Assembly: GCF_001194135.2 (NCBI RefSeq)
Contig: NC_068990.1
Location: 61,103,716-61,167,715 of the forward strand
From: Octopus bimaculoides
Taxonomy: Eukaryota
Direction of reading: 5' to 3'
Length of the DNA stretch: 64,000 nt
Every line of letters begins with the position of its first letter. Position 1 is the stretch's first letter. This document shows, piece after piece, positions 15,014 to 27,970 of this stretch. The translations under genes and the position numbers were made by a program. Under the pieces are notes generated by a model that searched no databases, was not told the DNA's origin, and was given only the letters and a program-made list of their open reading frames with translations.

Positions 15014-15215
15014 AAATCTCACATCTATTTTCATTCCTCCACTTCACTCTCTATTTCATATCTTATCTAAATTAACTATTGTTTAACCATTTTCTAACAC
15101 CGTCTCCGATGAAGGGATATAAAAAAATATCCCGGAAACAGCTGTAAGACCTTCTTTTTATAAATGTTCTAAAATCTTCACAGCCTTGGTTTTTATCTCA
15201 TCTGAAAATTTTTTT
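15014..15215 (+). repeat. About 200-bp dispersed repeat carrying the family B hammerhead (second copy about 17637-17842)
   Basis: Both copies start at ATCTCACATCTATTTTCATTCCTCC and end in a T-run followed by (TA)n; direct orientation, 2.6 kb apart. Confidence 0.85.
15102..15150 (+). ncRNA. Minimal type-I hammerhead-like motif (family B copy 1, U4C)
   Basis: GTCT-CCGATGA-A-GGGATAT aaaaaa ATATCCC-G-GAAAC-AGCT-GTA^AGAC. Confidence 0.62.
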
Positions 15216-15297
15216 TTATATATATGTATTTATATATATTTGTATGTACATGTATGCACATGAATGTAAATATTTCTCTTCCTCTCTCTCCTCTCCT

Positions 15298-15342
<45 letters not shown>

Positions 15343-15669
15343 TTACACACAATTGCACACATGCACACATCATTTTAGGCATCCATGCATTGTTTCATAT
15401 AAAGAAAAATGTACGACTATATTTCTATAAAGATATGTTGTTTGCATTTACATGATAATGCCAAAAGAATTTATAAATGTCCATCAATCAAAAGTAAAAT
15501 TGATAAAAATCCACCACTCTAAAACCTTAACTTGTTAAAAACATAAAAGACCCATGTCAATACACTGTACATCTAATTTTCTCAAAGACATTTTCTAAGT
15601 GGGATGAAAAATGTTAGAGCTGTTGTAAACAGAGAAGAAACACTAATGATAATAAAAATGATGATGATG

Positions 15670-15727
<58 letters not shown>

Positions 15728-16320
15728 CAACAACATATATTTGGAAACAGTTTTTAAAGGTAGCGGAGTTTACATAGTCACTCTCTGTCTTTTTCTTTTT
15801 ATCTCCCTCTCTCTCTCTCTTTCTCCCCCTTCTCTTCCACTCTCTCTATTTCGTTTTCGCTCTGCATTCTTAAATTCTGCAAAAACTTCATATTAGATAG
15901 TACATCTGTAAATTATGATATAAATATAAATTACTTGTCAAAAATATTACCAGTAAACGATGTATTCTCCATTATCTGGAGAAAGAATTTTTGTTGAGTT
16001 GCATGAGTAAGCTAATCAGCTCTAATTTACCAAACTATGGTACACTAGTAATTATTTAGAAAGGAAATAGATGTTAGGTGCAGTGAGTTCATTAATATTT
16101 AGCTAGTTTTCTAGTGACAGTCATTCTGTTTATGGTGGGCAAATCAGCAGGTATCTGCAAATGTTATGTCAAGTATTCTGTCTAGTCTATTGCATGCCCA
16201 GAGGTTCTGAATGTGATTATAGGGGATCTAATTGATTACATATGATTTATTGTAGATGGTTTGTCATCAAACATAGAAGCTAAATCTAGAGTAACATTTG
16301 ATGTTCTAAATATTTCAAGT

Positions 16321-16660
16321 GGTGTTGGTGTCACGTAAAAAGCACTGCTGCTGGTACCATGTAAAAAAACACTGGCGTTGGTGCCATGTATAAAGTATGG
16401 GTGTTGGTACCACGTAAAAAATACTGGTGCTGGTATTATGTAAAAAAGCACTAGCTGGTACCACGTAAAAAACACTGGTGCTGGTTCCACTCAAAAACCA
16501 CTGGCACTGGTGCCATGTAAAAAGCACTGGTGATAGTGCCACGTAAAAAGCACTGGCACTGGTGCCACATAAAAAGCACTGCTGCTGGTGCCATGTAAAA
16601 AACACTGGTGTTGGTACTATATAAAAAGCACTGATGTTGGTGTCATGTAAAAAGCACCCA
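16321..16660 (+). repeat. Minisatellite of about 13 x 26 bp (TGCCA(C/T)GTAAAAAGCACTGGTGCTGG) at the head of a family B element
   Basis: Units counted by the TAAAAA core; no unique spacers. Confidence 0.9.
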
Positions 16661-16806
16661 GTACACTCTGTAAAGTGGTGGGTGTCAGGAAGGGAATCCA
16701 GTCATAGAAAACATGGCAAAACAAACAATGGAGCTTGGTGGGGCTTCCAGCTTTACCAGCCCCTGTTAAACTATCCAACCAATGTCAACATGAAAATGGA
16801 TGTTAA

Positions 16807-16847
<41 letters not shown>

Positions 16848-17129
16848 TGTGCGTCTGCATTTGTTTGAGTTGGATGGAAAATGACAATTGATTTCTAGAT
16901 TGAACTAATATTTTCTTTATAAAAACATTACTAGTTTTGCCTCATTTCTCAATTTAAAAGAGATTGTAAACATTTCTATGCCAAATAAGGATCCATCATT
17001 GTTGTCCACATTTTTCATGCTTGTATGAGTTGAATGAGACTTACTGATGTTGATCTTTACTTATATTCAAGAAAGGTGCTCTATTTCATCTATTTCCATG
17101 TCGGATCACTGCCAAGTGTTTTGTTTATT

Positions 17130-17170
<41 letters not shown>

Positions 17171-17291
17171 CACAATGCCATTGTTGCTGAAGCTGTACGT
17201 ATGTGAAGATATGCAGATACAGACACATACACACACATATATATATGTATGCTTGTGTGTGTGTGTGTGTATAGGTCTGTCTGTTTGTCTA

Positions 17292-17324
<33 letters not shown>

Positions 17325-17721
17325 ATGTATGTATGTATGTATGTATGTATGGGCATGTCTGTCTAGATAAGGCAGGCCACAGCAGCCATCAAAGAAGCTA
17401 CACATTCAAAGAAGCTACACATTCAGAGAAGCTGTTATCTATGCATTATGCAGCGTCTCTATTTGCAGGTAACGAAGAAAAGAACGTGTGTCAGGAAGTG
17501 AACTGAAATGTCACATGATGGTTCACCAAAACAATGACGTAACACCTACTGCAAGAGGTGCCCATCTTTAAGCCAAGTGAAACCGTCATTGTGGCTGTTG
17601 TTGGTGTCATGTAAATGGCACCCATGAGAAGACTCATCTCACATCTATTTTCATTCCTCCACTTCACTCTTTATTTCGTATCTTATCTAAATTAACTATT
17701 GCTTAAACATTTTCTTACACC

Positions 17722-17769
17722 GTCTCCAATGAAGGGATATAAAAAATATCCTGGAAACAGCTGTAAGAC
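17722..17769 (+). ncRNA. Minimal type-I hammerhead-like motif (family B copy 2, decayed)
   Basis: GTCT-CCAATGA-A-GGGATAT aaaaa ATATCCT-G-GAAAC-AGCT-GTA^AGAC; differs from copy 1 at two CpG sites and in loop length. Confidence 0.55.
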
Positions 17770-18019
17770 CTTCTATTTATAAATGTTCTAAAATCTTAAC
17801 ACCTTTGGTTTTTTATCTTATTCTGAAAAAATTTTTTTTATATATACACACGCTGATATATGACCTACGTTGGACTCCTTATTTGCATAATCACCGAACT
17901 TGGAGCATAACTATGGTCTATCCATAGCACATACTCAGCATTACCTGACACCTTTGGGTGTTACTGACACTGTTACCTCTCATAACCTAAATACACATAT
18001 ATATAAATACATATATATG

Positions 18020-18725
18020 TTAATCAAACACGTCTTCAAAAACAAAGATTTTAACTTAATGATGAAAATTATGGTAGTCTATAATGCTGTGGTCATTTCA
18101 ACCTTGCTATATGGCCATAAAACCTTGATTCTGTATTGTCATGACATCCAAAGATTAGAACGCTTTCTCCAACAAAAGCTTCATTCAATCTTGAGTATCA
18201 AATGAGAACACTATGTGACCAACAGCAAAGACATGGAAAGAGCCAAAAGTCAAAGTATGAATTGCTGATCATGAAATTCTGTCTTCAATGGTTGGGACAC
18301 ATAGCAAGAATGGAAGCATCAAGGTTCCCATGCCATGTTTTATTCAGTGAGCTCACTTCAGGGAAAAAAGCCATGGGGCTGCCCTCTTCAAAGATACAAG
18401 GACCAACTCAAATCAGCGCCAAAAACCATTGGAATTAAGCCTAAACTATTTGAAACACAAGCACAAGCCCGAACCAAGTGGTGGTGTTCCATCACCATTG
18501 GAACCAAAAACTTTGAAGCCACCAGAAGAAAAAATCTAAGAAATCAAACGACGGGAGAGAAAGGCTTGACAAAAATCAACCATCTCCTCCACCAAAATTG
18601 TCATGCAGTCAGTGCCATCAATTCTTTTATGCAAGAAGAATTGGTCTACAGAATCATCAACAGTATCACCATAAAGGAAGCATTCAGCAAAGAAGAATCT
18701 AAGTTCTTGGATATGAGATAAAGCA
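18020..18725 (+). mobile_element. RTE-clade LINE 3' fragment (RT thumb and C-terminal region), decayed
   Basis: Frames joined: YNAVVISTLLYG...LQWLGHIARMEASRFPCHVLFSEL...QRYKDQLK...KNFEATRR...CSQCHQFFYARRIGLQNH, with RTE-type motifs and a terminal Cys/His motif. Confidence 0.85.
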
Positions 18726-18929
18726 GACAATGATGCATGGCATTAGGAAGGGCATCCAGCTGTAGAAACTCTGCCAAATCAGATTGGAGCCTGGTGTAGC
18801 CATCTGGTTTCACCAGTCCTCAGTCAAATTGTTCAACCAATGCTAGTATGGAAAGTGGGCGTTAAACGATGATGATGTATATGGGCATCCATATATTGTT
18901 TTGTAAAAAAAAATAATTCACTTGAACAT

Positions 18930-18967
<38 letters not shown>

Positions 18968-20319
18968 TACACACACACACACACACACACACAAATACAC
19001 ACACACAAATATATATATATATATGGCTCAGAAATACTAAGAATTTGTATCTCTAAACAACATATGAACTACATATGTCTATAAATCTTTGTGTGTTTTA
19101 TGATGAGTAGAGTTATATAATTACTTTAATTGTTTTTCTATGTCTTTATTGTTCATTATGTATTAAATACAATATAATCATTTATGTTGTTTAGACCAAA
19201 CTTAAATAACAAAATAAATGGTAAACTTTCCCACTGTTTCTCCATTTCATTCAGGAGTTAAGATATTTCAACTAAAAGATATTACAGACTTTTCACGGCC
19301 ACATCATTTATTCCTCCTTTATCTTTTTATCTTTCAAAGAATCAGTTATTCTACATTGACATTTGCAAGGCTGATACTTGCTGCAAAATGTTAATTCTCA
19401 GAAGGAAAAAAAAAGAAAGAAAAAAGAAAAAAAGAAAAGAAAAAGAAAAATAGAAAAAAGGAAAACAAATAAATAAATAAAGCGACTTGTTTGGTTTAAC
19501 AATAATTCTATATAATTCTCTATAACATTCTATAGTTTATTTATTTATCATTATCATCATTCTTGTATTTTGAATTCAGTTGCTCTGGCCTTCCTTTTCA
19601 TCCCTTTATTTGGTTAAATGCTTCTGGAAGTATTCTATCAAAATGCAATGCTATGTTTCACCCCCAAACCGATACCAATGTTCACAAGACAAGAGCAACC
19701 TGTCTGTATTGATATCTAAACCACCTCCAGGCCAATTTCATTTAACACAAGAATACTAACAATACAGTAATCAGACTACAAGGGGAAAGATCATTCTCTA
19801 TTTCTAAGGAAATATTGCAGTATTAAAGAGAGCATCTTTGTAATTTGTGTAACTGGAGAAATAAAATCGCTCCAATCTTTGGGGTACCAGTTCTATGACT
19901 AAACGGATTAGTTCCATTCTTTGATGTCTTTCAGTAATTTCATGGACAATCTGGTGAGAATAGATTCTTTTTATATGGGTTTTGGTATTTTATTTAATAC
20001 CTGGTACGTCTGTTTAATGTTGTGTAACACTATATGAGTTTTATATACATGCATACACACACAAATACACACACAAATACACACACATAGATATACATAG
20101 ATATACATACATATACATATATATATATATATATANNNNNNNNNNNNNNNNNNNNNNNNNNNNNNNNNNNNNNNNNNNNNNNNNNNNNNNNNNNNNNNNN
20201 NNNNNNNNNNNNNNNNNNNNNNNNNNNNNNNNNNNNNNNNNNNNNNNNNNNNNNNNNNNNNNNNNNNNNNNNNNNNNNNNNNNNNNNNNNNNATGTATAT
20301 GTATATATATATATGTGTG

Positions 20320-20386
<67 letters not shown>

Positions 20387-20544
20387 CAATAAAAATAATA
20401 ATAAACGTGAAGTGAAGAATAAGTATATTGTGCATATGGTTATTTGACCATCCTCAAATATAACAACATACACACACACACATACACAAACACATACACA
20501 CACACATGTATGCATGTATATACACATATGTACATAAACGTGTG

Positions 20545-20582
<38 letters not shown>

Positions 20583-20959
20583 GCATACATATATACATAT
20601 ATGTATATTGTATACATGTGTGTATGTATATATTATTCACACATACATGCACACTCACACTATATGCATTTTGATGAAACAGCCAGTGAAGGGAGCCCTC
20701 TATGTAGTCAATCTATCTGCTAGAAGTAGCAGCCAAATCTCTCACAAATTTCACCTTGCCATCTTAGGGATGGGTACATTGGGTGAAGTAGGCCTGGATG
20801 CACAGTGCACTGTATCTGGGAAAGAAATTAGACGGTCATGACTGGAAAACTTTTGACCAAAGCTCTGCTTAACCAGGACTGACCTGCAGTTAAACATCAA
20901 TATGTTTTGTTTTGAATATGTATAATTAAAAGCATATCTATTCTTCAGTTATAATTGTT

Positions 20960-21360
20960 TTAGTCAGGAAACAAGATTTTTACAGTGATGGCCTGAATCT
21001 GTAGTCTTCAAATCAGCTTTCTCCATTCTGATTTTGAGAAGCCTAATTTCTCAAGATTGGTATTTAGGCAGTGTGTTACATATCCCAGTGCCCCAATAAT
21101 TACAGATATAAACCTGAACTTGTAATCTGCATAGAATAACTGTAGATTTCTCAATAGTTCAGCATAAGTATTTTCTTTTGCGCTGATCTTCAGCTTTATG
21201 TTAACATCCACTGGGCAGCTGATTTCCATAACTACACACAGCTTCTTATTCCTATCCCAAATCACCATATCAGGTCTATTATGTTTACATTTTACTGAGG
21301 TTTTCACTGGGATTTTCCTTTTCATAATGAGTGGCTATGGTTTCTACTATACTGTGGGTT
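20960..21360 (-). mobile_element. R4/Dong-type non-LTR retrotransposon fragment 1 (restriction-like endonuclease)
   Basis: ORF 21008-21325: CKHNRPDMVIWDRNKKLCVVMEISCPVDVNIKLKISAKENTYAELL...FISVIIGALG, an RLE PD..(D/E)xxxP..K..Y motif set. Confidence 0.85.
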
Positions 21361-21399
21361 ATTATTTCTTTGTATGTATGTATGTATGTATGTATGTAT

Positions 21400-21965
21400 G
21401 TTCTTTTTCTCTTTTTAATATATAGTAAATTTTGACCAGCTACCGACTTGGTAGTAAGGTTGTGAAGGGAAGTATCTTATTTCAACCATTATCATTTAAA
21501 TCTTAAGAAGGTCTTGCAGATTGTTATAGTCTCTGATATCATGATCATTTGTAGCATATTAATTAAGGATTTGTATTCTCTCCCCAAGATTCCAAGTTCA
21601 GCCATACTTTGCTTCAGAAAGGTTGGTGTGTATCTTGTTGCTCCAATAATAACAGGTATGAAGTTGAAATTGAATTTGCAAACTTCTTATCAATGGTCCA
21701 TAAATGTCCTCTTTCTCTTGTATTTTTGGACCGCATTTGTGCCCAGAGGGTAGCCAATTTCCACAACAGAACATTTTTTTTGTGTGGTCCCACAAAACGA
21801 TATCTGGTCAGTTGTATTTTTAATTTGGTGGCTGTTTTAATGTTTAAGATCCACTAATATTCTTTAGACATATTCTTTAGACCCATTGGTCTCAAAATGG
21901 TCAACTTCATTTATAGATATTTTCTTTTTTGATATCCTGTTCCAGACTGTTCTAGTATCATGCCC
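21400..21965 (-). mobile_element. R4/Dong-type non-LTR retrotransposon fragment 2 (RLE domain, C-terminus, 3' UTR)
   Basis: Frameshifted manual translation: HD.RTVWNRISKK...KEY*W...N*PDIVLWD...CSVVEIGYP...KIQEKEDIYGPLIRSLQ...FIPVIIGA...TICKTFLRFK*, followed by a short 3' UTR ending at (CATA)n. Confidence 0.8.
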
Positions 21966-22544
21966 CGTGTATGTATGTGTGTGCGTATATGTTTACACAT
22001 GTATGTATGTATGTATGTATGTATGTATGTATGTATGTATGGATAAATATATGTATATATGTAGGTATATAAGTATGCATGTATGTATGCATGCATGTAT
22101 GTATGTATGTATGTATGTGTGTATGTATGTATGTATGTATGTATGTATGTATGCATGCATGTATGTATGTATGTATGTATGTATGTATGTATGTATGTAT
22201 ACACCTCATACAGAACTTTAGTCAAATGAATTATGTTTTTAACATGAAGAAATGTTTGGTACATTTCTCAATTGATTCTTCATGAATTGAAAACAGTTTT
22301 TACAACACACACAAAATGAAACAAGATAAAACTACTTGCTGCTAGATGTAAACAATAACTGCGGTTAATGAGGTCCCAATTGATCAGAATTGAACATTTT
22401 ATTTTGTGTTTGATTACTTTATGTGAGCGTAGTGTGTGTATATATATATCACTGGAAAATATGTTGGTGTGTGTATAGATAGATAGATAGATAGATACAT
22501 ACATACATACATACATACATACATGCATGCATGTATATATACAT

Positions 22545-22575
<31 letters not shown>

Positions 22576-22982
22576 CACATATTCANNNNNNNNNNNNNNN
22601 NNNNNNNNNNNNNNNNNNNNNNNNNNNNNNNNNNNNNNNNNNNNNNNNNNNNNNNNNNNNNNNNNNNNNNNNNNNNNNNNNNNNNNNNNNNNNNNNNNNN
22701 NNNNNNNNNNNNNNNNNNNNNNNNNNNNNNNNNNNNNNNNNNNNNNNNNNNNNNNNNNNNNNNNNNNNNNNNNNNNNNNNNNNNNNNNNNNNNNNNNNNN
22801 NNNNNNNNNNNNNNNNNNNNNNNNNNNNNNNNNNNNNNNNNNNNNNNNNNNNNNNNNNNNNNNNNNNNNNNNNNNNNNNNNNNNNNNNNNNNNNNNNNNN
22901 NNNNNNNNNNNNNNNNNNNNNNNNNNNNNNNNNNNNNNNNNNNNNNNNNNNNNNNNNNNNNNNNNNNNNNNNNNNNNATATA

Positions 22983-23025
<43 letters not shown>

Positions 23026-24724
23026 GTATATGATATATGATATCAAGTACATCAAGTACATCAAGTACGTCAACATCAGATGAAATCAAATCACAATCAA
23101 ATGGAAATTGTAGTTGTGGTCTCTGTGCTGGTGGCACATAAAAAGTACCATCTGAACGTGGTCGATGTCAGGCCCCTCACCCCAACTAGCTTCTGTGTTG
23201 GTAGCATATAAAAAGTAACATCCAAACATGACCAATGCCATCACTGCCTTGACTGGCTCCCATACTGGTGGCACCTAAAAAGCACCAACCAATCATAGTC
23301 AATGCCAGCCCCCTGTGGGCTCTGTGCCGGTGGCACATAAAAAAACACCCACTACACTCTCAGAGTGGTTGGCATTAGGAAAGGCATCCAGCTGTAGATA
23401 CATTGCCAGATCAGACTGGAGCCTGGTGCAGCCTCCTGGCTTTCCAGACTCCGGTCGAACTGTCCAACCCATGCCAGCATGGAAAACAGACGTTAAACGA
23501 TGATAATGTATATACCCCTACACACATATTATACCCCCACATATTTAACCCCTCCCACACACATATTGTACCCCTACACACACACACTAACATAAAGCCC
23601 CCATGACCTTAACCAATATAGAAAGAAAACAGACTAATGAATACAATTATATATACCTACACCTCTGGAAAAAATGTTATACATATGACAACACTACACA
23701 CTCCATCCCCACAAGAGCACCACACTTAATAGCACATACATTTCCCACAAACACTTTAAGATAACTCTTACCAGCTTTACAGTGAACCCAACCAAGAGGC
23801 ATAACTCTAAACCTAATCCCATGCTCATATTCGTTTCACCATCTTTTTCATAGCAATCGCAAACTGGATGTGTCCATTCACTTCCGACAACAAAGAACAA
23901 TCACCATATTCCTTTCCACATCAGCTAACTCTGATGAATGTAAGGTTATATAATCAGATTGTTACCTAACACTCCATCGTATTCCTTGTGTGAAGCTGAT
24001 GGGTAAGATCAGCAGTGATGCATATATAATACTGTACATTTTGGATAATATACCCACTCTATTGACAAATATATGAGTGCATCTTTTCCCTGACTTACAA
24101 ACACTTAGACACCTCATGTGTGTGTGTGTATATATGTGTATATATATACGTGGATATTTATAGATATATATATATATGAATATATAAAGTAACAAACTAA
24201 GGAAAGGAATTCCTTCAAAGGGGTGTGTAAAACATACTGGTATGTCAGTTGAATACCATATAAATATGGGTATAATGCAAATTACAAACAATAAATTAAA
24301 CAGAGAGATTCAATTCACAATCCAATAATTTATTCATATTACAATATGAATAATATACTATGAATATAATATAAAATAACATAAAAAATCATTGAAAAGC
24401 AAAAGAGTCAACAATTTGTTTCAACTTACAACAATTTGTCTCAACTTTCAGTAATCCAGCTTGGTGAAACGTATGTGTATATATTTATATATATATGTGT
24501 GTGTGTATATATAATAGAAATATGTTACAAAAAGAAAATAGAAGCTACACGTGGAAATGTAAGGAGAAAGTAAGAAGAAAAATAAGCAAAATGCACATTG
24601 GGAATCAAAAAAAGTAAAGGCATTTTATGAAAAGTAACAATAGATATATGCAATTAGATGAACTGAGGTAGGAATAAAAGTAATAAAAGTCATTATTGTG
24701 AATTGTTAAAGATATATATATATG

Positions 24725-24769
<45 letters not shown>

Positions 24770-24772
24770 GTA

Positions 24773-26058
24773 TATGTATGTCCACAAAGTCTGGGTACAT
24801 GAGGATTAACATATATTTTTAAAACAAAACAATTTTATTTAATTATAATGTTAATAAATAATATTTTCAAAATGATTTCCATCATTTTCAATGCATAACT
24901 TGATGCGCCTTGCAAAATTCAGGTGAACTCGATTAAATAAGTCTACATTGCCATCAATTTCAGCTCACTGACTGGTAATGCGTTCTCTCATGTGGTTTAA
25001 ATCTGTAATCTTTATTGAATAAACTTTCTCTTTCAACATACCCCAGAAAAAGAAGTCAAGGGGAGAAAGGTCTGGTGAACGAGGGCACCATTCCACATGA
25101 CCCCTTCTTCCAATCCAGTGAGAAAAAGTGTCATTAAGCCAATCTCTAACAGTTGTGGCAAAATGGGTAGGGGCCCCATCCTGCTGAAACCAATTCGGAA
25201 GTCCCTTACCTAGGTGCTCAATTTGTGGTATTAGTTTGTCTCTCAACATGTTTAAATAAGTCTCACCCATTACATGTTCATCAAAGAAGAAGGGTCCTAG
25301 CACATGAGCTTTCCATAAACCATACCACACCATCACCTTTTTGCTGCCTTGCTGTTTGGATGGATCCGTTCAATGTGGATTACCTCAAGACCAGTATCGA
25401 AAATTCTGTCTGTTGATAAAACGTAGCTTCATCACTGAACAACACAAAGTTTTTAGTAAAATTGATATTTTCATCCAATTTATCTGAAAACCATTCGCTC
25501 ATCTGCATTCGTCTATCAGGGTCATCTTCATTTAAGTGATGCAATAGCTGTAGCTTGTATGGATCAAACTTTTCTTCAACCAGGATTTTGTGGATGGTTG
25601 ATTTTGGAACCTAACACCGTGGATGTCCAACGAAGTGATTTCTTTGGGCTAGCAGAAACCTTGGGCTTGACAGTCTCTTTCATTTCATCTGAAGTCTTTG
25701 GTCGCCCAGAACGGGATTTATCCAAAACACTGCCTGTTTCTTTAAACTTCTTGATCAATTTCCCGACAGCAATAAAATAAATAGGTTGCCTATAAGGGTA
25801 TCGAAGATTAAATTCTTCCGCAAATTTTGTGATAAGACAATCCCTCTCGTCCACTTAAGAGTACTAGCTTGATTCTTTCTTCTTTAGACAGAGCCATCAT
25901 TCGATCTGGGTAGAAAAAATAACATAAATAAATTTAGAAAAGTAAAGTATTTTTTATTTGATTTAAACAAAAGTAAAAAAGGAAAATTATTTCTTATATT
26001 TAATTGTTTATGTTATGATTTTATTTACTCCATGTACCCAGACTTTGTGGACACCCTA
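24773..26058 (-). mobile_element. Full-length Tc1/mariner-superfamily DNA transposon, rosa/Visitor-like (DD40D), decayed
   Basis: TIRs: right end reverse complement TAGGGTGTCCACAAAGTCTGGGTACAT vs left TGTATGTCCACAAAGTCTGGGTACAT, TA-rich flanks, about 1.29 kb, containing a transposase pseudogene. Confidence 0.92.
24851..25900 (-). pseudogene. Disrupted DD40D transposase
   Basis: Manual translation: MMALSKEERIKLVLL...KKFKETGSVLDKSRSGRPKT (HTH region)...VLFSDEATF (D1)...WFQQDGAPTH (D2)...WCPRSPDLSPLDFFFWG (D3; 40 residues between D2 and D3)...RRIKLCIENDGNHFENIIY*. Contains frameshifts and in-frame stops. Confidence 0.92.
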
Positions 26059-26675
26059 TATATATATATATAGATTCAAGGTGAATATGGTACTTAAGTT
26101 TAGACACCAGAATTAAGTATGGTATTATCCATACAATTTCAAAACAAGGTGATTAAAAGTCAAAATAAGCAACAAGGATATNNNNNNNNNNNNNNNNNNN
26201 NNNNNNNNNNNNNNNNNNNNNNNNNNNNNNNNNNNNNNNNNNNNNNNNNNNNNNNNNNNNNNNNNNNNNNNNNNNNNNNNNNNNNNNNNNNNNNNNNNNN
26301 NNNNNNNNNNNNNNNNNNNNNNNNNNNNNNNNNNNNNNNNNNNNNNNNNNNNNNNNNNNNNNNNNNNNNNNNNNNNNNNNNNNNNNNNNNNNNNNNNNNN
26401 NNNNNNNNNNNNNNNNNNNNNNNNNNNNNNNNNNNNNNNNNNNNNNNNNNNNNNNNNNNNNNNNNNNNNNNNNNNNNNNNNNNNNNNNNNNNNNNNNNNN
26501 NNNNNNNNNNNNNNNNNNNNNNNNNNNNNNNNNNNNNNNNNNNNNNNNNNNNNNNNNNNNNNNNNNNNNNNNNNNNNNNNNNNNNNNNNNNNNNNNNNNN
26601 NNNNNNNNNNNNNNNNNNNNNNNNNNNNNNNNNNNNNNNNNNNNNNNNNNNNNNNNNNNNNNNNNNNNNNNNNNN

Positions 26676-26709
<34 letters not shown>

Positions 26710-26752
26710 ATATACTTTTTTTTTATTAAAGTTACAAAAACATCACAAAAAT

Positions 26753-26790
26753 CTGTTACTCAGAGTTTCACGTACCCGTTCATTAGACAG
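26753..26790 (-). ncRNA. Minimal type-I hammerhead motif (family F, G5A substitution)
   Basis: CTGT-CTAATGA-ACG ggta CGT-GAAAC-TCTGA-GTA^ACAG; perfect helix I (4 bp) and helix II (3 bp), one core mismatch. Confidence 0.7.
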
Positions 26791-27923
26791 TTGTGATCAA
26801 TGCCTTCAATATTCAAGTACTATTTTTTCCACCTTGTTTTGTATTTATGTACTTACTGATGTTAGTGTGTATATACATGGCTGTACATTAGGTAAATGTA
26901 TTTGAAAGTTGTGGTTTCTTTGGTTTGTTTATTTGTTCCCAAACAACACTTATTTTAGTGCTGTTGACACTGCTGGATTGAATGGTACTGCCCAGGTGTT
27001 GAAATCATAATGATATCCATATGGCAGCTGATGATGGAGGTATGTTTGACTGTTGGTATAGCTGTGGAAAAGTATTATAACACATCCTTTTGATATATAT
27101 ATATTATATATTATATATATATATATGAATTTTTATATATATACACTTACATGCAGGCATACATACATACATATATATACGTACATACATATATACATAT
27201 ATATAGACATGCACACACACACGCATAGGAAGGGCATCCAGCTGTAGAAACTCTGCCAAATCAGACTGGAGCCTGGTGTTGCCATCCGGTTTCACCAGTC
27301 CTCAGTCAAATCGTCCAACCCATGCTAGCATGGAAAGCGGACGTTAAACGATGATGATGATGATGATGATGATATGAAATGTACTGGAGTGATTTGTCAA
27401 TAAGTTTGTATATAGTTAATTTTATGATTCCATGTATGTCAATGGTATTCCAGTATGGCCTGGGTTATTATGGTTAAAATAATCAAAACAACATGTATGA
27501 ATATTTGTATGTGTGAATGTGGGTATATATGTATGCATGCATGTGTGTATGTATGTATGTATGTATGCATGTATGTATGTGTGTGTTTGTGTATGTACNN
27601 NNNNNNNNNNNNNNNNNNNNNNNNNNNNNNNNNNNNNNNNNNNNNNNNNNNNNNNNNNNNNNNNNATATGTATGCATGCATGTGTGTATGTATGTATGTA
27701 TGTATGCATGTATGTATGTGTGTGTTTGTGTATGTACGCATGTATGTGTGTATGAATGTGATGCTTCCTGCAGTTATATCAGGATAGTAGCTGGTCAAAA
27801 GAGATGAATTCATTATATTCTAGACTAAGGAAATTAAACTTCACAGATGATTACAGATACATGATACACGTCTCATGAAAATGTACTGCAGTGCAGATAT
27901 TACACTGATGATGGTGATGGGGG

Positions 27924-27970
<47 letters not shown>

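Noticed and set aside
16321-16660. CRISPR-like or repeat-protein array (ORFs 16236-16490 and 16315-16605)
   Set aside because: Contiguous degenerate units with no unique spacers, no cas genes, eukaryotic context; the unit belongs to a dispersed retroposon
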